Source: an uncultured Lentisphaeria bacterium (lineage in GTDB: Bacteria; Fidelibacterota; UBA8477; JABMPR01). Taken from it: 64,000 bases of DNA. The position numbers and the translations under genes were made by a program. The stretch spans positions 15,923 to 79,922 of the forward strand of contig CAYXZO010000002.1 of assembly GCA_964469505.1 (NCBI GenBank), read 5' to 3'. Position 1 is the stretch's first letter. Each line of letters starts with the position of its first letter. Of this stretch, positions 1 to 9,271 are shown one piece after another. The notes below the pieces were generated by a model, which was not told where the DNA came from, did no database searches, and saw nothing but the letters and a program-made list of their open reading frames with translations.

Positions 1-211
1 ATCTCGATCCCCGGTGCGGGCATCCGACCAGGCCAGCAATAGATATCCCGGTTCGGCAACTGCCACCGCTCGCTGCCATTCGATATGCACTCCCTGCCGC
101 ACCGGCACTCCGTTATGGGGCCAAACCAACGTTTCTCCAGCGTACAGCGCACTCATCCAGAGTGCCAAAATGAATATGATTCCTGTCAAAACCTTATCAC
201 TTCTCATCCAA

Positions 212-3200
212 TCAAATCCCTTCCAGTATCTGTTCCACCAGGAGCACCGCGTCCAGAATATCCAGGCGGTCATCTCCATTAAGGTCTGCTACGCTAAATT
301 GTTCCGGTTCAGGCGATTCTTCCAAAAGAATAAACTCTAACAAAAGCGTTACATCCGTAACGTTGATCCGATAGTCGAGGTTTACATCCCCTACCGGATG
401 GACTCCCTCCACTACCTGTAGTTGAATGGTGAAACTGGTATCCGGCACATTAACCGCGTTGGTCAACAATTTCAGGGGCATTGAGTAAGTACCGGTGGCC
501 AAACCGTCGGAATTCAGCGTAAAAGTGAAATAAGCCGTACTATCAGGGGGGATCAAGCCCGTCCATTGTCCCGCCCGGAACCATCGATATGGCCGCTGAA
601 TCCTGACGGCAGTTTGATCGTTGATCATGCTGGCACCGTTGTATACCACTGCAAACCCCCGGTCTCGAGTGGCGTTTTGCATACCTACCGTGGCACTGGT
701 TCGGGGTTCATCCAGGTGCTGATACTGGAACAAGATATTTCCATCGGCGGTCAACAAAACCTGGAAAGTATAGTGCTGAGAGGTTCCCCATTTAGGCATG
801 TTGATGAAAGAAACCACCGCCGAATCTTCCTGGTTGGTCCAGAAATAGATCGAACCCTGTGTGCCACTGTCCAGATTAAGATCATCCCACCAGGGGGCAA
901 TCATGGCAGGGGGCGCCAGAGGGTATGGCAAAGGTTGATTCCGCCAGGGCGCGTCTCTGGTCAAGAATTCTACAAAGCCGTTGCTACAGATATTCAATCG
1001 GCTGAACAAACTATCATAAAAGGGGAACGGGAATCCCAATTCAAAAGGCCCGATAGCAATATCATCGGGATCACCCGGGTAGCTCACGTAGTTGGCAGGC
1101 TCGGCAATGTCTATCCACTGGTAAACCGGTCCGCCCGGCTCCCAGCTTCCCTTCCAGGTATAGCCATAGGTGTCACCCTGTTCCGCGGGACGACGATGCA
1201 CGAATAATATTTCGTCGGGAGCTTCTTTGGTCCGCTGCTCAGGTAGCGGTCCCGGATCTAGCCGGGGAGCGTCCAAATCTGCCCTCTGGATAACGTACAC
1301 CAGGGGAGTCTGGCCTCCGTTGTGCAGCAACAGGGAATCCCGCGTTTCAGACCAGGGGTTAAGCTGATAAGTGAAAGAAGCCCCGGGCCACTCCAATCGA
1401 GGTGGCGCAGCCCGCACCCCTCTGCCAGTGGTGAATTTTATCGCTTTTCCGGCTCTTAGAGGCGACATGGCAGGCGATAGAATATGATTATAACTCAGTT
1501 GCACTCCCCGCCGACGCTGGGGCCCTTGAATTCCAATGGTAGCAAAATTCTGCCAGCTATCCGTGTCGGCGATACGGCGGTACTGAAAAAGAAAAGGAGT
1601 GTCGCCGGTAGGTGTTTCTTCATCCAGCAGAAACACAACCTGGAAGCTTAGAGTGTCCAGGGAAGCGGCGTTGTGAAGGCGTGACCACTCCACCACAAAG
1701 CGACTACTATCGGAACTTAGGTAAGCAAAAACTGCATCACCAGGCGCCCGCAAATCATCCCAAAAAGGAGCAATTAAAGCCGGGGGAGCCAGCAAAGATG
1801 GCAGACGCCGGTTGTGAAAGTCCACCCGCCCACCCTGACTGCCCATAGCCAGCCAGCCGTTGGAACAAATGGTGATTTCATGGTACGTCTGACCATAAAA
1901 CGTGATGGGAATCGGTATGGAATAGGCCGTTGCAGCATCCGCGCCCTCCTGGATATCAACTATGGGTAAAGGCACACCATGGCCCCCCAAGGCCGGATCT
2001 ACTTCCAGCCAGTGATACGCGGGACGTTCCGAATAACCCCAGTCATCATCATCGAAAGCCCGGTAGCCGTACTCATCGGGGGGCAAAGGAGCAAAGGGCA
2101 TCAACTGACCGCCCCGAATCTCCATGGGAAACACAAATTCATTGTTGCCCACAGCTGCAGTCAGAGATAGGGGCTCTTGGGGAAACAAACGGGTGCGGAT
2201 CGCAAAGGAAAGGGACGCCAACTCAATGTTGCTCCCTGGGGGGAGAGCTGGCACGGCCAGCGTTTCAGGCGTGCTCAACAAAGAATCGGTTTGGAAGCTC
2301 AGGAAGGTGGCCGGCAGAGTGTCGCCCCCAGTATTGTAAAGCTCGAATCGCAGCTTTAAAGAATCGCCTGGCTCAAAAGACCATTCCACGATTTGCGGGT
2401 GGGATAGTTCAGCCCGGGGGGCTTGAATCCCCAGGGGCAAATACCAGTTATAATCCAAACTCCCGGCTACGGCTCTCACAGCAATGGCGGTCGTGGTACC
2501 GTGGGGGATATCGGCGGCACAGCTCACCCGGGTAGCTTGTGGTAGTATTAGCAGTTGCCCCGGATTCAAGAAGGGAAAATTCAAAGTCACCGGATCAAAC
2601 TGTAAAAAGGTCGCTGAAGAAGAAAACTCGAGCTGCAAATCGTGCAGTGGAACCGAACCCACCTGGAGTCGCAGGTTGAGAAATTCCGCGTGCCCGGCCC
2701 GTAATGGTCGTGCCAGAAAAATGCTGTCCGCTTGTAACCAGTTGCTGGCATTCAGGACCGGCAAATCGATCTCGTACGGCAATAGGTTGTCACCGGTTAC
2801 AGTGAGGTGGACGCTGGATTCGGAATCTGGCCGGAACGCGACATAAGCCCAGCCGGAAGCATCGGTATAGGCTCCCTGGGCATTAGTGTCATTGTATAGA
2901 AAGACAAATGCCTTGGCCACCGGATTGCCCGTGGTGTCAGTAACCCGGATCGCCAGATTGCGTGTTCCGGGGGGTATGGGAGATTCGACTTCAACCTGCA
3001 GCCGACGGGGAGCCGCGGTCCATAAACTAAGTCCGGGATCCCCCAGAATGTTGTAGATGTGGAAATAAAACTCCGGTGTTTGACCGAAAGGGGCAAAAGC
3101 GTTGTCGTGAAACTCCCGCCAGAGTTCCAATTTCCCGGCCCAGGTGGCCGGTCCCAATACGTGGAGCCCTCCGTCTAGAATACCACCATAAAGCCCCATG

Positions 3201-4687
3201 TCGATAATGTTGTTGAACATGGTATGGGTATAGAGCTCACTGGGACCAAAAAAGGCCACGGCACCACGTGGTACTCCCGAAGTTCCCAGCCGTAACCAGG
3301 CTTCACCGAAACAGGGATCACCGGGAGCGGCATAATTTCCCCCACCGCAGACAATACTGGTAACCACAGGCAAACGCCAGCCGTTGTTCAAGGAGCTATA
3401 CAAATCCTCCGTACCATAATAAGGCCCGGACCAGCCGCCGTAGGAACCAAACCCCCGGTAATTGACGAAATTGACCCCGTTGTTTATGGCGGTATTTATG
3501 AGTGCAGTAGCCTGTTGGTAGGGATAATAGACCGTATCCACCTGGGTGAAGCCGTGCTGCAACAGCTCCTGCCGAACCCAATTTTTAACCTGTTGGATGC
3601 TGGGGGCATAGGAAGCGTTCCCCACCATCAGTGCTCGCCGGTACCAGGTCGAATCACTTACCCAGGGAGTGCTTTCATAATGCACGATTTTGTTGATGAC
3701 CGTGAGCAACTGAGCATAAGAATCCACTGAGAGCCGGCCGACATACATTTCGGGGAACACGTCATCGCCCTCTAACAGGGTATAAGGCAAGTCGGTGACT
3801 TGAGGATCACCCTCGGGGTTGTTGATGTAAAACCCCGGAATACCACGGTCTTCATCACCAATGAGCAATAAATACAACGGGCGCGGTTCGTGGGTAGTCC
3901 AGTAACTCTGAATAAAGTTCTTTATGCTGTTTCTACCGGATCCAGTCTCGGCAGTTGTGACCACGGTTACCTGGTGACCTTTGCGCCGTTTCCAGTCCAC
4001 CAATTCCTGCAAATAGGGTTCAAAACCGGGAGGAGTAATAATCAGATAAGGGGGTAATGTAGTTGAGAGAGAGTCCTCAAGCTCTGGTGTCAAGGTCCAC
4101 TGCGGACTACCTGTCACCAGGTGACTGGGAGTTATGGAAAACCGTAAATGTTTCTTCACGATCACCCGCTGGCGCTGATAATCCACCACCGCTATGGGTA
4201 AATCAATCACCAGGTAATACTTGCCCAACCAGGTGATTACTTGTGTCCGCGGCCGGCTTGAGGCCCGCCCTCTCAACCGCAGCCACTGAAATCGGTTTTC
4301 AGGGCGTTCGGATTGGCCATCAAAGCCAGCGGAGATTCCGGTTCTCAATTGCGGCCGATGCAATACTACCGAATCACCGGATCCCTCTTCCCAAACCACC
4401 TGAGGCGCTCGAGAATTGCGACAGGGGACGAAAAGCGTCAGTTGTGGTAACATAGGTCCGTCGGGTAGCTGCGTAAATGAGAACGGGCCCCCACCAGGAC
4501 CCGGCTCAAGGGAGAGCAGCGCGTGCCACACCAGGGTATCAGTCGTCCGATTAAAAGTAACTTCCACTTTCAGCGTATCATGGCGCGTTTTGAGTGATAG
4601 TGAAGGTTTAGGGATATTTTGTGGTAGGGCGGGAGGGGCCAGCAGTGCCGCCCCGATTAAGATCATTCCCCAGAGCGGGCCCCGCAT
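212..4687 (-). CDS. Secreted multidomain peptidase C25 family protein (gingipain/PorU-like catalytic domain) with a C-terminal dockerin-like repeat pair
   Basis: 1491-aa ORF with an N-terminal signal peptide (MRGPLWGMILIGAALLAPPALP). The central region carries C25 hallmarks: an NYRGFGS His segment and a VTSIVCGGGNYA Cys segment. An internal duplicated domain carries ICSNGW/F...FWDDL motifs. The C-terminus, DVNLDYRINVTDVTLLLEFIL...ADLNGDDRLDILDAVLLVEQIL, matches the dockerin type I consensus (DxNxDGxxNxxD...L). A 7-nt gap to the upstream gene suggests translational coupling. Confidence 0.75.
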   Translation of the reverse strand: MRGPLWGMILIGAALLAPPALPQNIPKPSLSLKTRHDTLKVEVTFNRTTDTLVWHALLSLEPGPGGGPFSFTQLPDGPMLPQLTLFVPCRNSRAPQVVWEEGSGDSVVLHRPQLRTGISAGFDGQSERPENRFQWLRLRGRASSRPRTQVITWLGKYYLVIDLPIAVVDYQRQRVIVKKHLRFSITPSHLVTGSPQWTLTPELEDSLSTTLPPYLIITPPGFEPYLQELVDWKRRKGHQVTVVTTAETGSGRNSIKNFIQSYWTTHEPRPLYLLLIGDEDRGIPGFYINNPEGDPQVTDLPYTLLEGDDVFPEMYVGRLSVDSYAQLLTVINKIVHYESTPWVSDSTWYRRALMVGNASYAPSIQQVKNWVRQELLQHGFTQVDTVYYPYQQATALINTAINNGVNFVNYRGFGSYGGWSGPYYGTEDLYSSLNNGWRLPVVTSIVCGGGNYAAPGDPCFGEAWLRLGTSGVPRGAVAFFGPSELYTHTMFNNIIDMGLYGGILDGGLHVLGPATWAGKLELWREFHDNAFAPFGQTPEFYFHIYNILGDPGLSLWTAAPRRLQVEVESPIPPGTRNLAIRVTDTTGNPVAKAFVFLYNDTNAQGAYTDASGWAYVAFRPDSESSVHLTVTGDNLLPYEIDLPVLNASNWLQADSIFLARPLRAGHAEFLNLRLQVGSVPLHDLQLEFSSSATFLQFDPVTLNFPFLNPGQLLILPQATRVSCAADIPHGTTTAIAVRAVAGSLDYNWYLPLGIQAPRAELSHPQIVEWSFEPGDSLKLRFELYNTGGDTLPATFLSFQTDSLLSTPETLAVPALPPGSNIELASLSFAIRTRLFPQEPLSLTAAVGNNEFVFPMEIRGGQLMPFAPLPPDEYGYRAFDDDDWGYSERPAYHWLEVDPALGGHGVPLPIVDIQEGADAATAYSIPIPITFYGQTYHEITICSNGWLAMGSQGGRVDFHNRRLPSLLAPPALIAPFWDDLRAPGDAVFAYLSSDSSRFVVEWSRLHNAASLDTLSFQVVFLLDEETPTGDTPFLFQYRRIADTDSWQNFATIGIQGPQRRRGVQLSYNHILSPAMSPLRAGKAIKFTTGRGVRAAPPRLEWPGASFTYQLNPWSETRDSLLLHNGGQTPLVYVIQRADLDAPRLDPGPLPEQRTKEAPDEILFVHRRPAEQGDTYGYTWKGSWEPGGPVYQWIDIAEPANYVSYPGDPDDIAIGPFELGFPFPFYDSLFSRLNICSNGFVEFLTRDAPWRNQPLPYPLAPPAMIAPWWDDLNLDSGTQGSIYFWTNQEDSAVVSFINMPKWGTSQHYTFQVLLTADGNILFQYQHLDEPRTSATVGMQNATRDRGFAVVYNGASMINDQTAVRIQRPYRWFRAGQWTGLIPPDSTAYFTFTLNSDGLATGTYSMPLKLLTNAVNVPDTSFTIQLQVVEGVHPVGDVNLDYRINVTDVTLLLEFILLEESPEPEQFSVADLNGDDRLDILDAVLLVEQILEGI

Positions 4688-4694
4688 GGGGAGA

Positions 4695-5789
4695 TCAGCG
4701 CTCCAGTAGCTGATAAATCTTCACGCCGCGCCGGGTGGCGGCAAAGTAGCGATCACCGGAAACCACCCCCCGGTAGATATAACCCGTTTCCAGATATCCA
4801 TCCAATCGGGGCTGAGCCGGGTCCGAAATATCCACTATGTACAATGAATTTTCTCCACAAGCCACCAGGGCAAATTGTTGCCATACTGCAATGTGTTTGG
4901 CCCACCCCCGTAAAGCTATGTTGCTGAGCCAGGTTAATTGATCTCCACTCACCGAGTAAACTTCCACCCCGGCCCAATTGTCGGCCACCAGTAGGAACTC
5001 ACCCGCAAACTCGGCTTCCAGAGCTTCTCCCGGAGTATCCGCCTGAGCCAATAACTCCAGGCTATCGGTATGAACACGGTATAATGCAATGCCCAGTTCG
5101 CCCATGGTAACCGCCAGCAGCGAATCCTTGAGAGCTAATCCAACTATGTGCCCTTGAACCAATTTAACCCCTTGAGGCTGCCAATAGTTGACTTGAAAGA
5201 CCGGTTCATATTTCAGGTCCAGCTGGATCTTCTTCAACCCGTCACCCCAGTCTCCATCGGCGACAAACACCGTCAGGCTACCTAGCGTGTCACCGCTGAT
5301 TACCGCCAGGTCTTTGCAATTGGCGTCAGAAAACTGGAGGGGATCCAGAGAATAGACCCACGGATCGGAATAGTAAGTCGAGTCAATAGTCGTCAAAGAA
5401 TTATTAAGGAACCGGTAATGCACCGTTTTGCGGTCCGCTACCATCAGTAATCTTTGGCTGGGAACAGTTAAGATGTACTGGGCCACATCACCGGTTAGCG
5501 GATCTTGGTAAGTTTCTTGATAGCTGCCCCCATTTCTGGACCAGATCTCAACTCCCGCCAGTGAGGCTGCCACATAAACTTGCTCTCCCACCACAGATAC
5601 GTCTCTGGCAAAGCCAACCGTGGAGAGACTATCTTCCAGAACCAGCAGCAAATTACCACTAGTACTCAAGCGACCGGGATTCAAGCAGCTATTCAGCAAC
5701 AGAACCAACAGCAGCAGTAATACATGCTTCCAATCAACATAAATCCATCTGATTTTATCTACGGGTGAGTAATCTTTTTTGTTCATCAT
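4695..5789 (-). CDS. LVIVD-repeat β-propeller protein, probably membrane-anchored or secreted
   Basis: Repeated hydrophobic β-strand motifs of the LVIVD type (YVAASLAG, LLMVADRK, VFVADGDWG, LLAVTMGE, FLLVADNWAG, LYIVDISD). An N-terminal hydrophobic segment (LLLLLVLLLNSC) is present. The likely start is ATG at 5789 (the ATGATG in the minus sequence), which overlaps the stop of the upstream gene in an ATGA arrangement. Confidence 0.6.
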   Translation of the reverse strand: MMNKKDYSPVDKIRWIYVDWKHVLLLLLVLLLNSCLNPGRLSTSGNLLLVLEDSLSTVGFARDVSVVGEQVYVAASLAGVEIWSRNGGSYQETYQDPLTGDVAQYILTVPSQRLLMVADRKTVHYRFLNNSLTTIDSTYYSDPWVYSLDPLQFSDANCKDLAVISGDTLGSLTVFVADGDWGDGLKKIQLDLKYEPVFQVNYWQPQGVKLVQGHIVGLALKDSLLAVTMGELGIALYRVHTDSLELLAQADTPGEALEAEFAGEFLLVADNWAGVEVYSVSGDQLTWLSNIALRGWAKHIAVWQQFALVACGENSLYIVDISDPAQPRLDGYLETGYIYRGVVSGDRYFAATRRGVKIYQLLER

Positions 5790-6853
5790 AGATACATATC
5801 CCAGATAAAGTTGTACTCCAAGCGAAGCCCTCCCCACCAGCGCGTGAAGGACTTAAGTTCTTCAGCTAAAGGGTAGGCCGAGAAAACCCGCCTTTGCCGC
5901 CGGCCCCAATAAGGTTCGAGACTCAAATTAGGCCCTAGGCTCCAACGGGTAAAAATCTCCAATCGCCATTCCTGCTGATAACGCCCCGCATGAATGGGAT
6001 CCACCGCGTTATCACTGCGGTAGCGACGTTCCTGCCAATATCCATTTATCGTCAACGGCCACACTACCCTGGGGGGCCTCAACGTAAAACTGAAATTGGT
6101 CTTAAGATACCAGTAACTGCGATCAATGTCGTCCAGATGATTAGCATTAAATGTTCTACCCAGGTGAGAAACCAAGCGCCACCGGCAGCTTCTCAGCTTG
6201 CCGTTAAACCCGGTGAATACTTCCGCACTCTGTAAATTGAAGCGACTAAAAACGGCATTATATACCTCCCGACCGACTTCAACCCCCCATTGTGACTCTA
6301 CGCGTCGCTCAAACGGGAAACGCAGTTCGATGCTTCCCGTTTCGCGATTATAGTAGCATTCCTCCCTGGCCCCGGTGGGCAACAAGGGGAATTGAGCCAA
6401 ATAACCTCTGGTAAAAAGGTCGGGCAACTGGTCGTAGCGCACCACTAATCGCCGGTGACGCCCAAACCATTGATCCAGGCGCACCGTAAACGTATGGTAA
6501 TTTCGCTGGGGAATTTGTTGAAAAAAATGCTGCACAGCGCTTACTCGCAGCCGGGTAGTGTGTCCCCGCCATAACCTCAGTCGATATGTCAAACTCAATG
6601 TCAGTTGTTGTTCCCAGCTGTCGCGATAGGTGACTCCCGGCAGGTAATCTGGTTCGTACCGCAGCCGTGCTTCCTCCGCAGGGGCCAAATTCAGTGGGTT
6701 GTGATGAAACGCCGAAGCCAGGCCAAAGGAAAACTCCAGGGGAGCCATGAATTTGCTCACAACCGAAGTCGCCCCCGACAGGTCCTGGCCAGGCCCTAAA
6801 CCTAAGCCAAGACTCAGGCAAAAGATCGCCCATTTATTTTTGTTTTTTGCCAC
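5786..6853 (-). CDS. Putative outer-membrane β-barrel protein (hypothetical)
   Basis: Signal-like N-terminus (KNKNKWAIFCLSLGLGLG). Alternating amphipathic strands run throughout, and the C-terminus ends in LEYNFIWDMYL, a terminal aromatic/hydrophobic pattern typical of OM barrels. The probable GTG start at 6853 has GGAG about 13 nt upstream; the longer ORF to 6886 is also possible. Confidence 0.5.
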   Translation of the reverse strand: MAKNKNKWAIFCLSLGLGLGPGQDLSGATSVVSKFMAPLEFSFGLASAFHHNPLNLAPAEEARLRYEPDYLPGVTYRDSWEQQLTLSLTYRLRLWRGHTTRLRVSAVQHFFQQIPQRNYHTFTVRLDQWFGRHRRLVVRYDQLPDLFTRGYLAQFPLLPTGAREECYYNRETGSIELRFPFERRVESQWGVEVGREVYNAVFSRFNLQSAEVFTGFNGKLRSCRWRLVSHLGRTFNANHLDDIDRSYWYLKTNFSFTLRPPRVVWPLTINGYWQERRYRSDNAVDPIHAGRYQQEWRLEIFTRWSLGPNLSLEPYWGRRQRRVFSAYPLAEELKSFTRWWGGLRLEYNFIWDMYL

Positions 6854-7727
6854 GGGACGAAGTCGTCTCCTCGAAAAAGCGCACAAAAACCTGCCGGTTG
6901 GAGTCCAGCAGAGAGATTTTTAAACGATGGGAACCGGATTTCAGTTGAAGGCGGCAGGTGCGCCATTTCCCGGGGACCAATTCTTCGTGTCCTTCCACCG
7001 TAGCTGTGTCGGAACTGGTGGTAGAGTAATGGTAAGTCCCCACCAATCGTCCATTGTCCCTTATCTGCAGGCGATAATCCTGAGCTCCATTCATCCAGTA
7101 TTCTAGCGCTAGGCGACTGAGCAATTCGATGGTTTTAGGGCCTTCCACTTCCAACAAAAGCGGTTTTTCGGGAGTGACTTTGAAATACGGCAGTCTCTTC
7201 TGACCAATAAGTATGTAGGCCGTATCAGCTGGCGCTAAAATCTGCGCTTTGAGTCGGCGCCGAGACTTTTTCCCTTGGCTGTGTTTGACAAGTCGGAACA
7301 ATAAGGGACCTGGGCTCTCTTTACGTCGCACTCGGATGGTATGTACTCCATCTCCAACCTGAAAGTAGTCCAGGGAAGCTCTGGTGTACCGATGATTGGG
7401 ATGCTGAGAGGATCGAATCCCTGAAAGTCGGGTCTGATGTTTGATCTGACGGGGGGGTGATTGATCAACAGTCACTTCAAAACTGTAAGACACCTCTGAA
7501 TCGCCTTTGCGGGACAATGCCACCGCCCGTGAGTACAGCTTCAGGGTAGCTGGTCCGTGAACTTGATAAACCAGCTCCTTGTTTTTCGTAAAATGGTAAA
7601 TCCGGCGCTTGCCTTGGATGAGCAGTATTTCCCGGGACTGGCGGGGTTCCTGAGGTTTAATCACCTGACCCCATAGAATCAGGGGAGCCAGAACCCATAA
7701 AAGCACCGCCTTATAAGTAGCCATCAA
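6834..7727 (-). CDS. Secreted basic (Lys/Arg-rich) hypothetical protein
   Basis: Signal peptide MMATYKAVLLWVLAPLILWGQ. Very high K/R content (KKSRRRLKAQ, RVRRKESPG, SSRGKKQK). It overlaps both neighbouring genes, which suggests operon coupling. Confidence 0.55.
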   Translation of the reverse strand: MMATYKAVLLWVLAPLILWGQVIKPQEPRQSREILLIQGKRRIYHFTKNKELVYQVHGPATLKLYSRAVALSRKGDSEVSYSFEVTVDQSPPRQIKHQTRLSGIRSSQHPNHRYTRASLDYFQVGDGVHTIRVRRKESPGPLLFRLVKHSQGKKSRRRLKAQILAPADTAYILIGQKRLPYFKVTPEKPLLLEVEGPKTIELLSRLALEYWMNGAQDYRLQIRDNGRLVGTYHYSTTSSDTATVEGHEELVPGKWRTCRLQLKSGSHRLKISLLDSNRQVFVRFFEETTSSRGKKQK

Positions 7728-8829
7728 TTTCCTCCGGCCGGTATGAAAGTCGGATGTGATAACGGCTGTAGAGAGCCACGCCCACTACCATGGTTAGGAT
7801 AAAAGCTAAACCAAGGCTCACCGCCGTCAGGTTATAACGCTCCTCAGCAAAAAGGGGGCCTACACCCGGTGGGGGCGAAGGCACCGCGGCATAGGGGTAG
7901 TTGAACTGCTTAAACAGTCTCTTAATGTTCAGCAAATGGATTACTGGAATTCCCCTGCTTCCCAGACGGTGAATCAATCCGCGTCCAGGTAATTCCTGGA
8001 GATCCCGCACTGTCAGCAATCCCGGTTTTAATAGACGGGCCGGTTGAGCACCTCCCAGAGCGGCAGCCCCCCCACCCACATTTACGTATGCCCGATAATT
8101 TTTAAGCGGGGTAAAAGATTCCAGTAATGCCAATCGCTTACGAATTATTTCATTCAAGGACTTGGCTTCTAAAAGAGGGACCTGGTTGCGCTTTGCCGCT
8201 TGTCTCAACAAACGGCGGCCTTTAGGACTTAGACGGCGGCCAATATCACCCCCACCCCCCAGGGTCGCCGCCCGGCTATGATAATCCACTACTCCACTGT
8301 CACGAAGAACCCGCTCCATATCCAGCCAGGTAAAATTCTCGTCATTAGCTCCCCACTGGGAAGCTCCCAGGGAGGTTACGATAATGGGCACCAGATCCAT
8401 TTCATAAGCCGCGCAATAAACCGCTAGGTTAGCTCCCGGCATGGAGCCGGTTAAAGTGACCACAATCGTGTCTCCAGCTTTTACCCCCGTTCGAAGGAGG
8501 AGATCCACCACCATCGCCGCCATGTTGGGGTCCAGCACGGAGATTTTCGCGTCTAAATCCCCCTGATCAGTGGTAATAAGGCTGTACTGGTGCCCAATTA
8601 GTCCTGTCTCATTGGGATCGTTGACCGGATCTACCATTACCGCCTGCTGCAAATGGTAATTCTTCAGGACCTCCAAAGCCCGGGCCATGCGCTTGACGGC
8701 CCTTATTTTTACTTCATAGCCAGGAGCTTTGCGTTCCACCCGTAAAGCACTAGTTCCATAAAAAACAATGGCGGTAACGATGGCCATGACCACCAGGACC
8801 TCGGTGCGCTGGAGGGCGGGTCTATACAA
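7711..8829 (-). CDS. Poly-γ-glutamate system accessory membrane protein (PgsW-like, TIGR04332-type), found with pgsBC where PgsA/CapA is absent
   Basis: 372-aa ORF lying immediately after pgsC, which it overlaps by 8 nt. It has an N-terminal TM helix (VLVVMAIVTAIVFY) and a C-terminal TM helix (VSLGLAFILTMVVGVALY). It carries none of the metallophosphatase motifs of PgsA/CapA. The family assignment is by size, topology and context only. Confidence 0.4.
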   Translation of the reverse strand: MYRPALQRTEVLVVMAIVTAIVFYGTSALRVERKAPGYEVKIRAVKRMARALEVLKNYHLQQAVMVDPVNDPNETGLIGHQYSLITTDQGDLDAKISVLDPNMAAMVVDLLLRTGVKAGDTIVVTLTGSMPGANLAVYCAAYEMDLVPIIVTSLGASQWGANDENFTWLDMERVLRDSGVVDYHSRAATLGGGGDIGRRLSPKGRRLLRQAAKRNQVPLLEAKSLNEIIRKRLALLESFTPLKNYRAYVNVGGGAAALGGAQPARLLKPGLLTVRDLQELPGRGLIHRLGSRGIPVIHLLNIKRLFKQFNYPYAAVPSPPPGVGPLFAEERYNLTAVSLGLAFILTMVVGVALYSRYHIRLSYRPEEIDGYL

Positions 8830-9271
8830 AAATCTTTCCTCCCTCCACTAACATCAGCACCATCTGGACGATAGCGGCGGCAATAAACAACATGCTCAAG
8901 GTACGCAATACGCCCTGGCGATCCATCCAGCTGGCAATTAAACCGGGGATTATATACCCGATGGAAGTTAGGTCTACTCCTGCCAGTGCTGGCATTTGTC
9001 CTAAATAGTTCCGGAAAACAAATCCGAAGATGAAACCCAGCAGCAGCGCTAACACCAGTCGCCGGCGCCCATAAATCAAAAGCCATCGGGCCAGAGACTT
9101 TATCACCAAATAGACTAGTAAAGCAGCCAGAAAAGTGGCCACTACTCGTGACGGGTAATGGAGATTGAGGGCAATATACCCCGGCACAACTATACCCCCG
9201 GCCGCTACTCCGTATCCCTCAGCAAAGGCCAGGGAGAGCACAATCCCTAATCCGACCGCCAGTTCAATCAT
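8822..9271 (-). CDS. pgsC: Poly-γ-glutamate biosynthesis protein PgsC/CapC
   Basis: 149-aa polytopic membrane protein. It aligns by eye along its whole length with Bacillus CapC: LSLAFAEGYGVAAGGIVVPGYIAL matches LSLIFAEKTGIVPAGLVVPGYLGL, and IGYIIPGLIASWMDRQG matches IGIIVPGLIANTIQKQG. Confidence 0.9.
   Translation of the reverse strand: MIELAVGLGIVLSLAFAEGYGVAAGGIVVPGYIALNLHYPSRVVATFLAALLVYLVIKSLARWLLIYGRRRLVLALLLGFIFGFVFRNYLGQMPALAGVDLTSIGYIIPGLIASWMDRQGVLRTLSMLFIAAAIVQMVLMLVEGGKIFV

Noticed and set aside
14-340. 108-aa plus-strand ORF at the window start
   Set aside because: It overlaps the 3′ end of the well-supported 1491-aa minus-strand peptidase gene, has no motif, and has a low-complexity composition. 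It is most likely a shadow ORF.
212-4687. Dockerin module as evidence for a cellulosome
   Set aside because: There is no cohesin, glycoside hydrolase or carbohydrate-binding-module gene nearby, and the catalytic domain is a protease. Dockerin-like Ca-binding pairs occur widely outside cellulosomes.
566-4709. Numerous 60-210-aa ORFs on either strand inside the C25 peptidase gene (for example 566-1207 and 1930-2535)
   Set aside because: They lie in alternative frames of a long gene with clear domain content. Their Arg/Pro/Gly-rich composition is typical of spurious reading frames in GC-rich DNA.
7711-8829. Calling the 372-aa protein PgsA/CapA
   Set aside because: It lacks the metallophosphatase motifs of PgsA/CapA (GDxxxGR, GNHE). 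Its topology (TM helices at both ends) and context fit the PgsW-type accessory protein better, and I kept the confidence low.
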